Assembly (NCBI GenBank): GCA_038496445.1
Contig: JALMLS010000446.1
Coordinates: 62,001 to 126,000 of the forward strand
DNA from: Trichosphaerium sp. ATCC 40318
Lineage: Eukaryota > Protista > Tubulinea
Direction of reading: 5' to 3'
Length of the DNA: 64,000 nt
Shown: piece by piece, positions 14,774 through 27,451 of the stretch
Layout of the letters: each line of letters starts with the position of its first letter
Numbering within the stretch: the stretch's first letter is position 1
Program-made: the position numbers and the translations under genes
The notes under the pieces: model-generated
The model's input: only the letters and a program-made list of their open reading frames with translations
What the model was told of the DNA's origin: nothing
The model's database searches: none

Positions 14774-15576
14774 CAGTTGCAAAAAAAAAGATCCAAAAAA
14801 AAAAAAACAAAAAAAAAACAAACACGAACGAAAAAGGTGCTGTTGTGGTACCCTTTAAACACACGTGTATGTGCGTTTACGTAAATCATAGATATACAAA
14901 ACTGCAAACAACAAAAAAAATAAGTATAACTTTTACATTCCACGAGGTGTATTCAGGCGTAAGGAAAGGAAGAAAAAGATAGATGTTTGATCCTCGTAAA
15001 AAAAAATAAAACAAAAAATAAAAATCTCACAAAAAATTTGTCTGTTGTGCAGTATCTGTTTAGAAAACAAAGTAGAGAAAGGTTTGTTCATGTTACATAA
15101 AAGGTAAACTAGTAAGAGCCGTAATAACTATCACCTCACACCTTTTCGTACACTTGTTTGCCCTGAATTGCTTACAATTAACTTATTCCGCGTTGGTACA
15201 AGTATAAGCTATTTTAACTTGTTTTATTCTACAACTCCTATTAAATACTATAATACATCTCTACTACGCGTGGTGATGGTTTTTCGGAACTGTGAAGCTC
15301 TAATTCACATGGCACATCTTCCTTTTATATTTCGTTCTTTAGTGCGTTGTTTTACACTCGACAATATTATTACGTACGTACCAAGAGTATTGCCATGCTC
15401 CTTTTTTGATTTTACAGTAGTAGTGTACCAAATAATTTAAGCCACTAGAATACGTTAATTCACAACGCTTTTGTCGCTATGACAACATAGACTAATAACG
15501 TAAGAACATTTGAAGCACGCACATTTAACCGTGTGCGTTGTAATAACTTAGACCTTATAGAGGCCATTAACGCAAT

Positions 15577-17118
15577 ATGAAGAGAAGAAGGGCTAATGAT
15601 GGCTCTCGCAAACAAGCTACAGGAAACGCTGCTGGAAGCGTTTCACACGAGCTTTTAGAAAGCGTAAAGGTAGCACGCAATAAAGAGGTCGTACAACGCG
15701 TTATTAGAGAAGTTTTCAACAAGAAACAGTACGATCTTATTGAGCAATACTACGACCGCCGTTGTACGTTCCCAGCGGTTGTCAGAACGTTTAAGGGCAT
15801 ACCTAAAGCAATGCGTGTTAGTACATGTGTCGGCCATGCCACAATTTAAAAAAATGCTTAGGAAGCCGGTATAAGGAACCCAAAAGAGTGCTTAGATGAT
15901 AATAAGGATGTATGTAATCATTCTGTGTAATTATTTTCATTTTAGCTTGTTAACAAAACTTTTTTTCCTCTTACTCACAAAAACTTTGCGCGTACGTATC
16001 GCTCTCATGCACTTGATCTCGGAGTTGGAACTAAAAGTCACGAATTTTTTTTTCACGTTTCAGAATTCAAAAAACAAAAAAAAAACACCAACACAAATCT
16101 GCTTTCAAAGTTTATTGTTTTCTCAGGGTCAAGCGCTTCAAATTGTTAAAACAGCATGTAAATTCTATTCTACTGCTTTCCCAGATCTTCATTACACAAT
16201 AACGTCTCTCATTGGGTACGCTATATAACCGTATTTCCCTTTTTGAAAATAATTCAAAACCACGTTTTGACTCGGGCGCTAGTGAAGGTGACACTGTAGC
16301 TGTGCACTGGGAAGTAACAGGGCACCACCTGGGACCATTAACATTGACTCCTGATTGTGTTATACAGCCAACAGGTCCGTAAATTTAGCTCTTTTTGAAA
16401 AGGGCAAAAGGAAAAAAAAAAAAAAAAAGTCGGGCGTCTTACTTACCCGAACTCTTGAAGGCAATGAAGTAAATGTATCTGCAACTGCTATTCTAAAGTT
16501 AAAAAATGATAAGATTATCGAGGTTAGACAAAACGTAGACCAACTCGCTTTATTTCAACAACTGAATGTATTGGATCAACTATACCTATTGCAGCCGAAT
16601 GCAACACAGCCACAGGCTCAGCCTCAACGTACTACGACACCAACAACAACACCACCTACTCAACCAGTAGAAAACATGAGAACAACGCCACCAATGGCAC
16701 ATCGACCTACAGCAGTACCATCGTTCCCTAGAACTGTTCAACCGCCTACACAACTTCCGGCAATCTCCTCTCTTCGCTCTTCTTTTGGTCGTCACACAAC
16801 AAATGGCTATGACACTAGGCCACAACAGACGTTTAATACAGTGCGTATAGATTTTTGTAGATTATTCAAAGGAAGCTTGCGGCCCTAACTTTTTTGTTAT
16901 AGCCTCTACAGCCACAACCAACGCAAACACAGCCACCTGTACATCATCAAAATTTTATGACAACAAGATCTCAGACTCAGTTTACTCAAAATACACAAGA
17001 CGACAATTATTCTCCGTTCCCTACATTTATGCCACCACAGAGAAACACGCAAGTTTTAAATCAACAAAAAGATACGACTGGTATGCCACAAGGGAAGTAC
17101 GGAGAAAAACAACCATAA
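15577..17118 (+). CDS. SnoaL-like ester cyclase (NTF2-like) domain protein with a Q/P/T-rich C-terminal tail
   Basis: NKEVVQRVIREVFNK...AFPDLHYTITSLI-EGDTVAVHW...GHHLG...DKIIEVRQNVDQLALFQQL. Basic N-terminus MKRRR. Confidence 0.85.
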
Positions 17119-18539
17119 AAAACCGTGTCTGTAGAAAAATAAAAAAGCAGTTCGAACCAACCAACACAAGTCTGCTTTATTTTTATTTAAAAAACCCACA
17201 AACCTGCGTATCTTTTTTTCTTTTCTTCAGCGAACCATTATTGTAACGGTACCATGTAACACGCGGACAATCTCACTCACTTTTAAGTACACATACTTCA
17301 TTTTGTCAAATAGGCTATTCTCGTTCCATAGTTCCCGTAGATTGTAACAACGATGTGCGTTGTTTCTAGCAAGAAAAACTTTTTTTTTTTTGCAATCTTT
17401 TTTGTAAAATGGAAGCACAAACAAACCCTCTGTTATGAAGTTTTATATACTCTATAGCCATGACATTCGTTTTGCTTACATGCTGCGCTTATTGTTGATG
17501 TAGAATGGCTGTTTGTTAAAGCGCAATTTTAATGTTGAAGCTTCTTACTAACAAACTGATAAAGGCCACTGCAAATTAGCGTGTTGACACGTTTGAAGAT
17601 TATGCGCATATTAATTTGCTCGCTAATAGGGTAAAGAAATACCATGGCTATTCGTTTTGGTATGTAATAGGCGTAGATCAGATCATACAGCTTTGCAGTT
17701 GTTATTTTGCACTTTTCTTTTTTTTCTTTTTTTCAACCTTTGATTTTTCTGCATGAAGTACTTGAACAAACTACATGTCGTTGTCGTTACCAGTAGGGAT
17801 TAGTAAGAATGGTTAGTGTTATGGTAGACAAAGTAAGGTGTAAATAAAAGGTACACAGGTGCGCCTCTGGCCTTGCAGCTACGTGATCTCTTTGACCTTA
17901 ATAACAGCTAGCAGATGGCATAGTAGGAGTTTTTTTTTCTGTACACGGAGATCCTCATCGCTGTAATTGATGGAGACTTAATATTACTATATATGTGGTC
18001 ATATTGTAGGAAAGGAAGAAAATAAAAAACGTTATGGCCAGAGCGGTTGCCCAATTTAGTTATTATGATTTAAAAAACAAACTGAAAAACTTCCGAAAAT
18101 ATGTTAGAACGCAGCCACATTCCAAAATATTACGAAAAACAATCACTAATATGGTGCTATGGGCTCCATAGTTTATAAAAAACTTGTGAAGTAAGCGACG
18201 GAGTTTCCGGTTTCTCCACGAGCTTTCTAACACTTGGCACGTGACATACGTGTACACAGCACCCTAATTTCGCCCAAAGAATATTCTGGAATAGACAAAA
18301 CCAATTGTAATCTCGTGCGAATGATTTTTCCGTATTTTTTTTTGAGTGCAGTTTTTAGTGTACCAAAACTCCGCCAAGAAAAACATGAGAACTAGTAGTT
18401 CGGAATAACTACCTTACACCGAGGTCGTCCGTAACAATATGGAAGTGTACGTTGTGCGAACAACGTGGTCTTTCCAACAAAATGCTTTTTATTAACAGAA
18501 CAGTAGTATCTACACGCGCATTATGGTTAAATAGACATA

Positions 18540-21500
18540 CTATTCGTCATCTGTAACGTTTGTAGCTGTATTGGTGGCAGAATTAGTAGATGGTAAAGTC
18601 ACAGCCGTGATACCACTAGAGCGCTTACTACCAGCTCCAAGAGGATCATTCGCCAATCTGAGTATGTGAAAACAAACCGCGTGACAAGTTATAACTAATG
18701 GTCATTAGCGCCGAAAAACACAAAATAGACTTGTCTGTCATAACACGTACCAGCACCGAGCACAATGAACAAAGAAACAAGTACGAATTGCGTGAATCTC
18801 TCAATATTAGCGAGAACAAGCGAAACAACAAGTATAGCGAAGAAAGCTACGTTGTAAACAGCGAAGAATATAACCCGTGATTCATTAAAGAATTTAAGAG
18901 GCAGTTTTCTTATCTTGAAGGTAATGAATCCTCCAACAGCAAGTAAGAAGCCCTAGAGATGTAGGGGTAAGGTATTGAAAAACAATCAGTGGCATACGTT
19001 GGCAATCACTATTAATATCTCTATAACCTGCGCTGTAGTGTTTTGATCGCACACGTAGTAATTTTGGTTTATGCGGTACTCAGATACAGTTACCAATTTC
19101 TTTTCGATTCCTCCTGCAGCGCTCTATACACCATTAAAACAACAAAACACTTGTGTATACGTACCAATATAATTAAAACAAGAATGTGTCCAGATACAAG
19201 AGCAGAAACCCATGCGAGTACTTGCCAATTTGCTAAAAACAAATATAAACAACTTGGTGTGGTAGGCTAGGCTTACAAATAACGATAATTTCTAGTGTTT
19301 TGAGATTGAACAAGCGCTCTACACGGTATGTTTTTGCAAACAACGGCCTAGAAACATGCGTGTGAGTGTAACCATGAATAAAAAATAGCGTTGAAATGAG
19401 TTGTTACCCAAACAAAAGAATAAATCCAATATCAACAAGCCATGCTCTAAAATGGCATGTAAAGTCTGACACAACGTTTGGTAGAAGCGTGAAAGGCACT
19501 GCACAAAGTAAAACGCATCCGAGGATCATGAGAGCCAAGAATACAGGTGAAGACGCCTACAATTCCTTGTCAGTTGCAAAACAACTTAAAAACAGGTATA
19601 CGCACTCTAATATGAGACTGTTTATGGAATATAGCCACGTATAAAAACCAAGGAAGTGTACCTAATAGCCCAATACCAGCAAGTATAGCAATAAAATACT
19701 CAGTCCAGTGGCCTAAGAAGCGTTAGCGAACTAATACGCTAGGAAGCAAAAATGACGTTTTGTTCGTACTGAACTTTGGGTCAAAAATACGTTCTTCCCA
19801 TGTAGGCATTGGGAATACTAGTTCTCTTTGCTGAATCAATGGCGGAGCTAGAGGTATTCTATCGTCTACAACTTGATCAAGTTGCACAACAAGTGGTTGA
19901 AATTGTTGTTGACCTTCTCCTTCCCATGATACTCTACCAATAAAAGTATCTGTTCTAAGACTAAGCACTGAACGGTACATTTCAGTTTGAAACTACAAAA
20001 TAGTATTAGATTTAATGTACTGGTAGTAGTGGTTACGCACAGTGCTTGCTGTAGTACAAGTAGTATTAGGTTGTTGTAGAGTTAATGAACCATCATTATT
20101 AAGCTAAAACGCGTAAGATTGGTGCTGGTTACTTCAGCAAATAAAACCATACTGTAAGCGCATCTCCGTACTGAGACTTCATACTTTCTACACCAAGTTT
20201 CAACATTAGCGTTGCTATTGAAACTCTGACACCAAATAAAGTTATATCCTACACGGCAATAAAAAGGTGAGTTCCCTACTTTACTTTACAAAAAAAAAAA
20301 GAGAAGACTTATCGTACAGTGCCTGTAGTCTCTTGAAGCATCCTTCTAAAATTGGTTGTATTTCCAAAATGAGGGGTAGTTGGAAAATCAGCTTTACCAC
20401 CCAATTCATACTAAACAAGAAAGATTAAGGAACAACTTGTTTCAATTTGTTGGTGTCTTTTTGACATTCTTTTTTTTTTCTGCTTTTTTTTTTGTTTTTG
20501 ATTTGTTTTCCGATGCGTACCTCAAGATGAGTAGTTATATATCTTAGATATCGCTTTGAAAAATCATCTGCAACAGTCTCCCCAATATTAGCTACTTGCA
20601 TAAACTTTGGTGTGTAGTCGTTGCGTTCAAACTCTTCCATAACAAGAGCAGCACCTCTAACAAATATATGACAATACAGTATAGCATCTGAATCAGCTGC
20701 GATCATTTCTCTTGCAGCACCAGTTAAGTTCTGTTTAAACGCGTCAGGGTAGTCTTGTGCTGGGAATGTAAAAGGATTATTGCCAGGAGGTATCGACACT
20801 AAAAAAAGGATTAGAAAACACAGGTGTAAATGACAAAAGAAGAAGTTGGACATGTGATATCTTACCTGCAAATGCCCCGAAATTGAATACATTAACGTGA
20901 GCTTTCACTTCGATTCTGTTACGGCGTAATGCGTCCAAGAAATTAGGATGAGTACATCTTGTAGCGTACGGAGCGCCACCGGGGTGGTTCTAGAGAAAGG
21001 TATTAGCGACAACGCTGGAAGAAGTTATGTACGTCATAAACGAGGGTAACTGTTTTAACTCCAGCCAGCCTCAATAGTGGTATAGTAGACTGAATTTGTT
21101 GTGACGCTAGTGTAGCAGATGATAAAAACAGCCTACTGCTTTCAATACTGACCTCATCTTCTGTTGCATAGGCCACTAACACTGGTAAGCAGCATAGTAA
21201 AATCAAATCACAACAAGCTAAGAACTTACGTATAAACTGTCCTAACGGATCTGTAACACTTTGGGTAATACTCGGATGTATAGCAAATGAACCAAGCATA
21301 AGAGTTACAGTAGGGTCAGCAATCAATTGAGCGTTTTGCTCTGCCATTAGGGTGAAGTTGTATTGATCATCGAGAACTCTGAAATTAAACCCAACCTCCT
21401 CATTACCGAACTTTATCGGGTTTATAGTTTGTGTCCATACTTCAAGGAACTTTAGGGCATCCCTAAGAGGTTTTAGGTTAAAATTGGTTGAGTTAGGCTT

Positions 21501-21800
21501 TTTTTGGTAGTATACTATTTGCGGTGCAGTTTTGCAGCAAATTGTGTTCGTTGCAACTCGGCTTTGTCTGCTTTTCGCGTATAGATGGTATTTAACGTAC
21601 AGTATAGTAACCATCACTCCCTGGAATGGTCCAGCACTAATAGAAAGCGTCATGCCTAATTTAATTTAATACAACGATAAAACGCAGTAGTAATACGCCG
21701 TAAAACGCTTTCGCATATAGTTTTGAAGCTTACCGATAGTTATATTACGTAAACAAGTTGCACAAACAAACAACGTTGCTAATAACACTAAAAAACGCAT
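18540..21800 (-). CDS. Class C (GABA-B/Grl-like) GPCR with periplasmic-binding-protein-type ectodomain
   Basis: Signal peptide; ectodomain with GMTLSISAG and DDQ motifs. 7TM hallmarks ASSPVFLALMILG, CHFRAWLVDIGFILLFG, AKTYRV and FFNESR. Stop TAG at 18540-18542. Confidence 0.85.
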
Positions 21801-22549
21801 GCTTCGTCTTGTAGTTGAAGGATGAGTTGTTTTATGGTTTTATGTTTTTGGTATTGTCTAAAATAGGCATCTTAACCTCTATTGACTACATTTTTCTTAG
21901 TCTTTACGTAACCGTATATAAAACAACGAAATAAAGGCAGCTTTAGTAGTGTTTAAAGAACTTTTTATTTGCATTTATGTGTACATCCAGAAAACCGTTT
22001 CTGGCCTTCAGAAAAGAAATGCCGTGTACTGGAGAACGCAAGGCACCACAGAGAACATTAAACAACTAGGTTTTAGTTTTTTGTATGTAGGTTGGCAAAT
22101 ACAAAACGGGAAAGTGGCTTTTTTTTTTTTGCAAAGTAGCTAATTATAGATCAAAATACACTGTTTTTTTACGTACCTACACAACATGCGCAGAAATGAG
22201 TTGCACAAATTTGTTTTGAGGTCCTCATTTATGTGAAGGGTTGTTAGGGCTGGTGTATTCCTTTCATGCTTCTAAGAGGTGTTAAAAGGTTGTTGTCGTA
22301 AAAACTTGTGTTCGTTTTATTTCTCAAAATACTTGAGTTTTAATCTCTAGAAAGCATGTAAGATTTATCCCTCAACTTCCTCGTTACACTCCGTCTTGAA
22401 GTATTAGCTAGACTTCACAATTTTAGATCATTATTGTATTCCACAAAGCCGGAGGTGAGTCACCTTCAGCTATCACGTGACTTTTTTTTTCTGGCACAAA
22501 ATTGTAGTAAGTCAAACATAACTCTAGCGTAAAGCCAGGTAAATATTAG

Positions 22550-22934
22550 ATGGAGCAGCCAACAGTGATACGTTTAACTTCAGGTACGTATACCTGCGAG
22601 CAAATTGAGGTTGATGACAACAACAGGGCAGGCAGCAATGGCAGAACATTGTAATATAATCGCAACAAACACAATTAGACCATACACCGAAGAGTTAGCT
22701 GCTTTTTTAACAGAAAAATGCGCAACCGCATCATTAAGACTAAAAGCGAAGCTTACATGGAATGAAGTAGATAAACAAAACGTATTAACGCTAAAGGGAA
22801 TCAAATCAAGTCATATCAATGCTATGCTCATTTTACCAATGTTAATCATACAGTATTTTCTTTCACAAGGATTTAAACTTGTGAGTGAAGTATGTACACA
22901 CAAAGGAGATTTCGTTTTGACGTTTGCCAAGTGA
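22550..22934 (+). CDS. Small hypothetical protein (~115 aa, one intron)
   Basis: ATG at 22550; a 43-nt GT-AG intron joins it to the open frame ending DFVLTFAK*. Confidence 0.55.
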
Positions 22935-23178
22935 ATTCTAAGAATAAAAACTAATTTGACACTAAGCAGTGTAAAGCAAGCAAAAAAACTGACGAATAAA
23001 TGGTTAGGTAGTAATTTGGACTACAGTTCCAGTGTACAATAAGCATAAGACATGTTGCTTTGGTAACATACTACTAGTATGAGTAGTTGGACCCCATTTA
23101 ATGTCTGTAAATGGTAATATCGAGTATTGTATAGAAGTTTCAGGAAGTTCTGTTGTTTTTTTCAGGATAAAATAGGAA

Positions 23179-24208
23179 TTATCGCCTGTATCCAGATGTG
23201 AATAATTTACCATCGCTCCATGTCTTAAACTCTCCCTTCCGTTTGCCATTGGAGTAATTTGTTAGTTCAACCAGAGCTCCGTTCTCCCACCTCTTGTGCA
23301 CTCCTTCTTTTTTACCATTGATGAAATTACAGTGTTCTTCCATTTGCCCATTGGATTGCCACACTTTGCACTCTCCTTCAATTTTATCATTAACATAATT
23401 ACAATACATGTATATTTGACCATTTTTATGCCATTCCCTATACTCTCCTTCTTGCTTACCGTTGATATCACAGCATTGCATCCTCAACTGGCCATTAGCG
23501 TGCCATTCCTTGTACTCTCCTTCTTGTCTTCCATATTCGAAACAACAAGTTATATGACACTGACCATTCTCACGCCATGACTTGTACTCTCCTTCTCTTT
23601 GTCCATTTACGTAAAACCCATGTGCAGCTAACTGACCGTTTGTATACCATGTCTTAAACTCTCCTTCCTGTCTATTGTTCCTGTATGTAGTTTTTATGGA
23701 CAACGTTCTGTTATCGTGCCACTCCTTGAATTCTCCTACTAGTTTTCCATCGACATAAAAACAATGTGTCTTCAACTGTCCGTTTCTGTACCACATTTTA
23801 AACTCACCATTCTTTTTGTCATTAGCGTAGTCTGATTTACAGTACAACTGACCCTCGTCATACCACTCTTTAAGCTCTCCATGTAGTTTTCCATGTGACC
23901 AATATGCTTGATACACGATTTGTTCTTTTCGAACAAGTTCGCGATCGATGAAAATTCCTACTGTTTTGCATCTTTTCCATTTCCCGTTTTTTTTTAAATC
24001 ACTATCAAATCTCGTTGTCATTGCCGTCTGTCGGGATAGCAAAGGCCACTTATTATATATTATGTAGTCTAGATCGATAATATCGAGGTGAAGCTCTGTT
24101 GGAAGCATCAGTAGGTTGGAACAACCGTTACTCGCGGAATTCAGCTGAACGTAATAGTTAGTATCAGAATCTTTATAAATGCTAAGGAGGCACCTTGCGT
24201 TTTGCCAT
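23179..24208 (-). CDS. F-box-like + MORN-variant (MORN_2/YwqK-type) repeat protein
   Basis: About nine 24-aa repeats of GxxEGEYKxWxxNGQL and an N-terminal LPTELHLDII. A short first exon MAKRK (24194-24208) and a 49-nt intron (24145-24193) are followed by a ~965-nt intron-free exon. Confidence 0.88.
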
Positions 24209-24546
24209 GAAGGGTTCTGTTGGCGGAATAATTGCCCTTGACGCCAGTTTGACTAAAAGACAACGACAATGAACAAAAACCGTTAGACCTAAGACAGCGA
24301 CAATCTTTTGGAGGAAAGGAGCAGTTTAGTAAGACGACTTTTAAAAACCCGACCCGTTATCACGTGATAAAACTTTTTGGAATAGTTATAGCTGTAGCTG
24401 TACATCTACACAATAACTGCTGCTCAATGTTTCGCCTGTGGAATACAACAATACAGGCGAGATAAAATGGTGTACAAATGGGTTTTATTTCAGTTTTTTG
24501 GTTTTGTTACATTTTTTTTTTTCATATTTTTGTTTAAGTATCAACT

Positions 24547-26790
24547 TTATACATTTTGGTCTTCGGCAGTTGCTATACAATCAGGGTACGGGTCCATAGA
24601 GGATTCTTCTGCTGAAGATTCTCCAGCGTATGATTCCCCACCAAACTTTGAAGATGAAGGATTTGCCTGTGATCCTCCACGTGATGAGAAAAAGTAAATA
24701 ACGCAGCATATTTGTAAAGAGCTTGCTAAAAAAAGTAGAGCGGTGAAGGATGTCACAATTATGCAATATGCTACTGGTTCTTCTTTGAGGCTTGATAAGA
24801 ATAGTACAATGTAAATCGAAAGAAACATTATGATAACACCAACAGCCAGTGCACAGTACGCAGCCTAAAAGGTGAATTAATTTTTTCGTTTTACTTCGAT
24901 TTTTTGACATTTGCAATTATCAACACCCATGGCGCTGATAATTGTGTCAACACAAAAAATAGATTCTCTTGTTTGCGTTTAAGTACTTTAAAAGTCAAAA
25001 GGAAAATTGCAGATCGCTTGATTCATATAGAGGATGAAACTCAAGTCATTTCGAACTTACCTTCTTGATAGCGGTTTTATCAGGAGAATTCCTCATCGGT
25101 CTTACAATACTTATTATTCTTACTGTAGTAGCTGCATAAAAAATACCAATGAGAGCGAAGAAAGCAATAAACATAAGTTCTACGATATCACCCATAAGCC
25201 CAGTCACCTAAACAAAGATCAGCCAAAAAAATTCCGAAAAAAACAAGCAAACTTTTCTTCCAATTGTTGAACGACACGTGCTATTCACGCATGTTAAATA
25301 TGGTATTTCGATACTTACCATAAAGTTTACAAGCTCAGCAGCAGATACAAGAACTACAAGAGCAGCTAGACCAACTACGAAGACAATTCTTGTTATTGTA
25401 TTATTTGTTATAGCCTTTTGAGGATCCAAGTCTGTATTTCTATTATCGACTGCATGAATGAGAACTTTTTTAAAGCTCAGTACGTTATACCAATGCAACG
25501 CCATAAGTATAAAAGAACCGAAAGCAAATGGGTATGCTATACGATTAAATACATCTGTGAAAGCAGGATGATAAAGTCTTCTACAAGAGAACAAATCCAC
25601 TGACTGTAATATCCTAACTAAACAAAAAAAACCCATTAATTACACGTGTAAACATTCTTTTTACTATCCCCTTTAAACGCGCTGATTTAAATAGAACATA
25701 AATCCTTGAACGGGGAGGGAAAAATCTGTGGTAAAGCACAAGGAGGCAATTGTTTAGAAAATCACAAAAATTAGATGATTTTTTTTTTCTTCTGTTTAGC
25801 TCTTTTTTCGTTATTACACGTCATGCATGATATCACGTGTACAGAAAATAAAAACCTCAAAAATTGTAATTTCTACGTACTCAAATTTGCTATAAATTCC
25901 AGAACGAATATAAGTATGTCTATGGATACAGTACATCGCTTATCAATTTTATACATTATCAAATACGCAAAACAAATCATAGTATTTCCTGCAGACCACA
26001 CGAAAAGAACCATTTGTGCGGCTAAACCGTATCCTACGCTTCCTAATGTTGCTATCCATGGGTTATCCTCTAAAAAAAAGACAGTCACGTTTTCTGAACA
26101 TACAACAACGCAGAAACGAAAAATTGAAAAAAAAATATAACATCTAAGTGCCGTAATACCTGAGTGTAAGTGACCCATGACGTTGTTTGGATCTCCTGAG
26201 ATAATATCAAAAATAACGTCGAAATCCTTAGCTAAAGGTCTTATAAGATTATTACGAAGTAGGAACGATATAAATCGCTCACCAGCTATGCTAGCAACAG
26301 GTATTTCAACTTGATGGTCTTTATGGTTTGTGTCAAACCATACTTTACCAGGGGTCGCTACATCCTTTAAAACAACGGCTAGAGCACCTTGTCTCTGTAG
26401 GCGTAATATATTAGGCTCAACAAGGCTTCCAGGACGAAACGATGCCAAAACAATTTGGTGAGAAAATGACCCATTTTTGAATATTTTATCATGTGTTAGC
26501 TGCGTTGATATATTAGCCCACCGTGTTCTCGATTTTAGAAACCTTTAAATTGGGATTAATCTAATCACATGCGAATAATAAAAGGAAAATAAAAAAAAAA
26601 AATGCCTGGTGGCTTTATGGCAACAGTACGAAATTTCCCGTCGTACGGTAAGTCCGCAGTTTTATATGATTTATCTTTTACAATCAAATGACAATAAGAT
26701 ATTGCCAAAAAGGTAGTACATAGCCACAGACCCTTTTTGTTTATTAATTAGAATGAAGTAGATATAGATACGTACAATAGGCCAACGCAT
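24547..26790 (-). CDS. Multi-pass (7TM-like) membrane protein with an N-terminal PA-like ectodomain
   Basis: Signal peptide, then the PA-like segment LQRQGALAVVL...IPVASI, about seven hydrophobic segments and an acidic Ser-rich tail. Confidence 0.7.
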
Positions 26791-27451
26791 AGTTATTTAT
26801 AAGCTCTTGCAGTATCAAGATTGTATTTTTTTTGTTAGTGAAGATTTTTGACTTTAAATGGACGGAGAAAGGTTGTTACACTCCGAGACGGTGCTATCAA
26901 GCCTGGTAGGTTTAGTATCCATTTACTAAGATGTTTGCCACGTTCTTGTTGCTGTTAAGAATATAGTGACGTGATCATTGTTGCTATGTACACGTGATAG
27001 AACGTTTCGAAAAGCGTTCAACCCTCGTTTTTACAATGATGCACTAAATGTACTAAAATGCCTTTCAAGTGCTTTTTCGCTTTTGAAAATAATGTAGATT
27101 GCACTAACACTATTAAAGTAAAATTTCTATATTAGGCACAGCCACGTTAAAGACGATTATGGCCAAATTTAAAAGTGACAATTTTAATACGCCCTAAGCG
27201 TTGCCTACACGCACTATAACATCATAACGTGCTAATGGAACTTAAATGGTAATTAATACAGGTAAATTTCGTATTGTCAATTTCGTTTGAGTCGCCAACA
27301 ACACTTGACGCGATAATTCGCCGTTTTTGTACAAATAACTCCACAAAAAAAAAAAATAGCACGTGGTAGAAACGTGTCAAAAAAACTTTGCCACGTGAAC
27401 TAACAAAGACAGTTTATTAAAATAAAACAATACGCTCCGACGTTAGCTGCT

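Noticed and set aside
23004-23249. Overlapping ORF suggesting a frameshift in the MORN gene
   Set aside because: The main frame ends cleanly at 23179, and the alternative frame has no MORN similarity.
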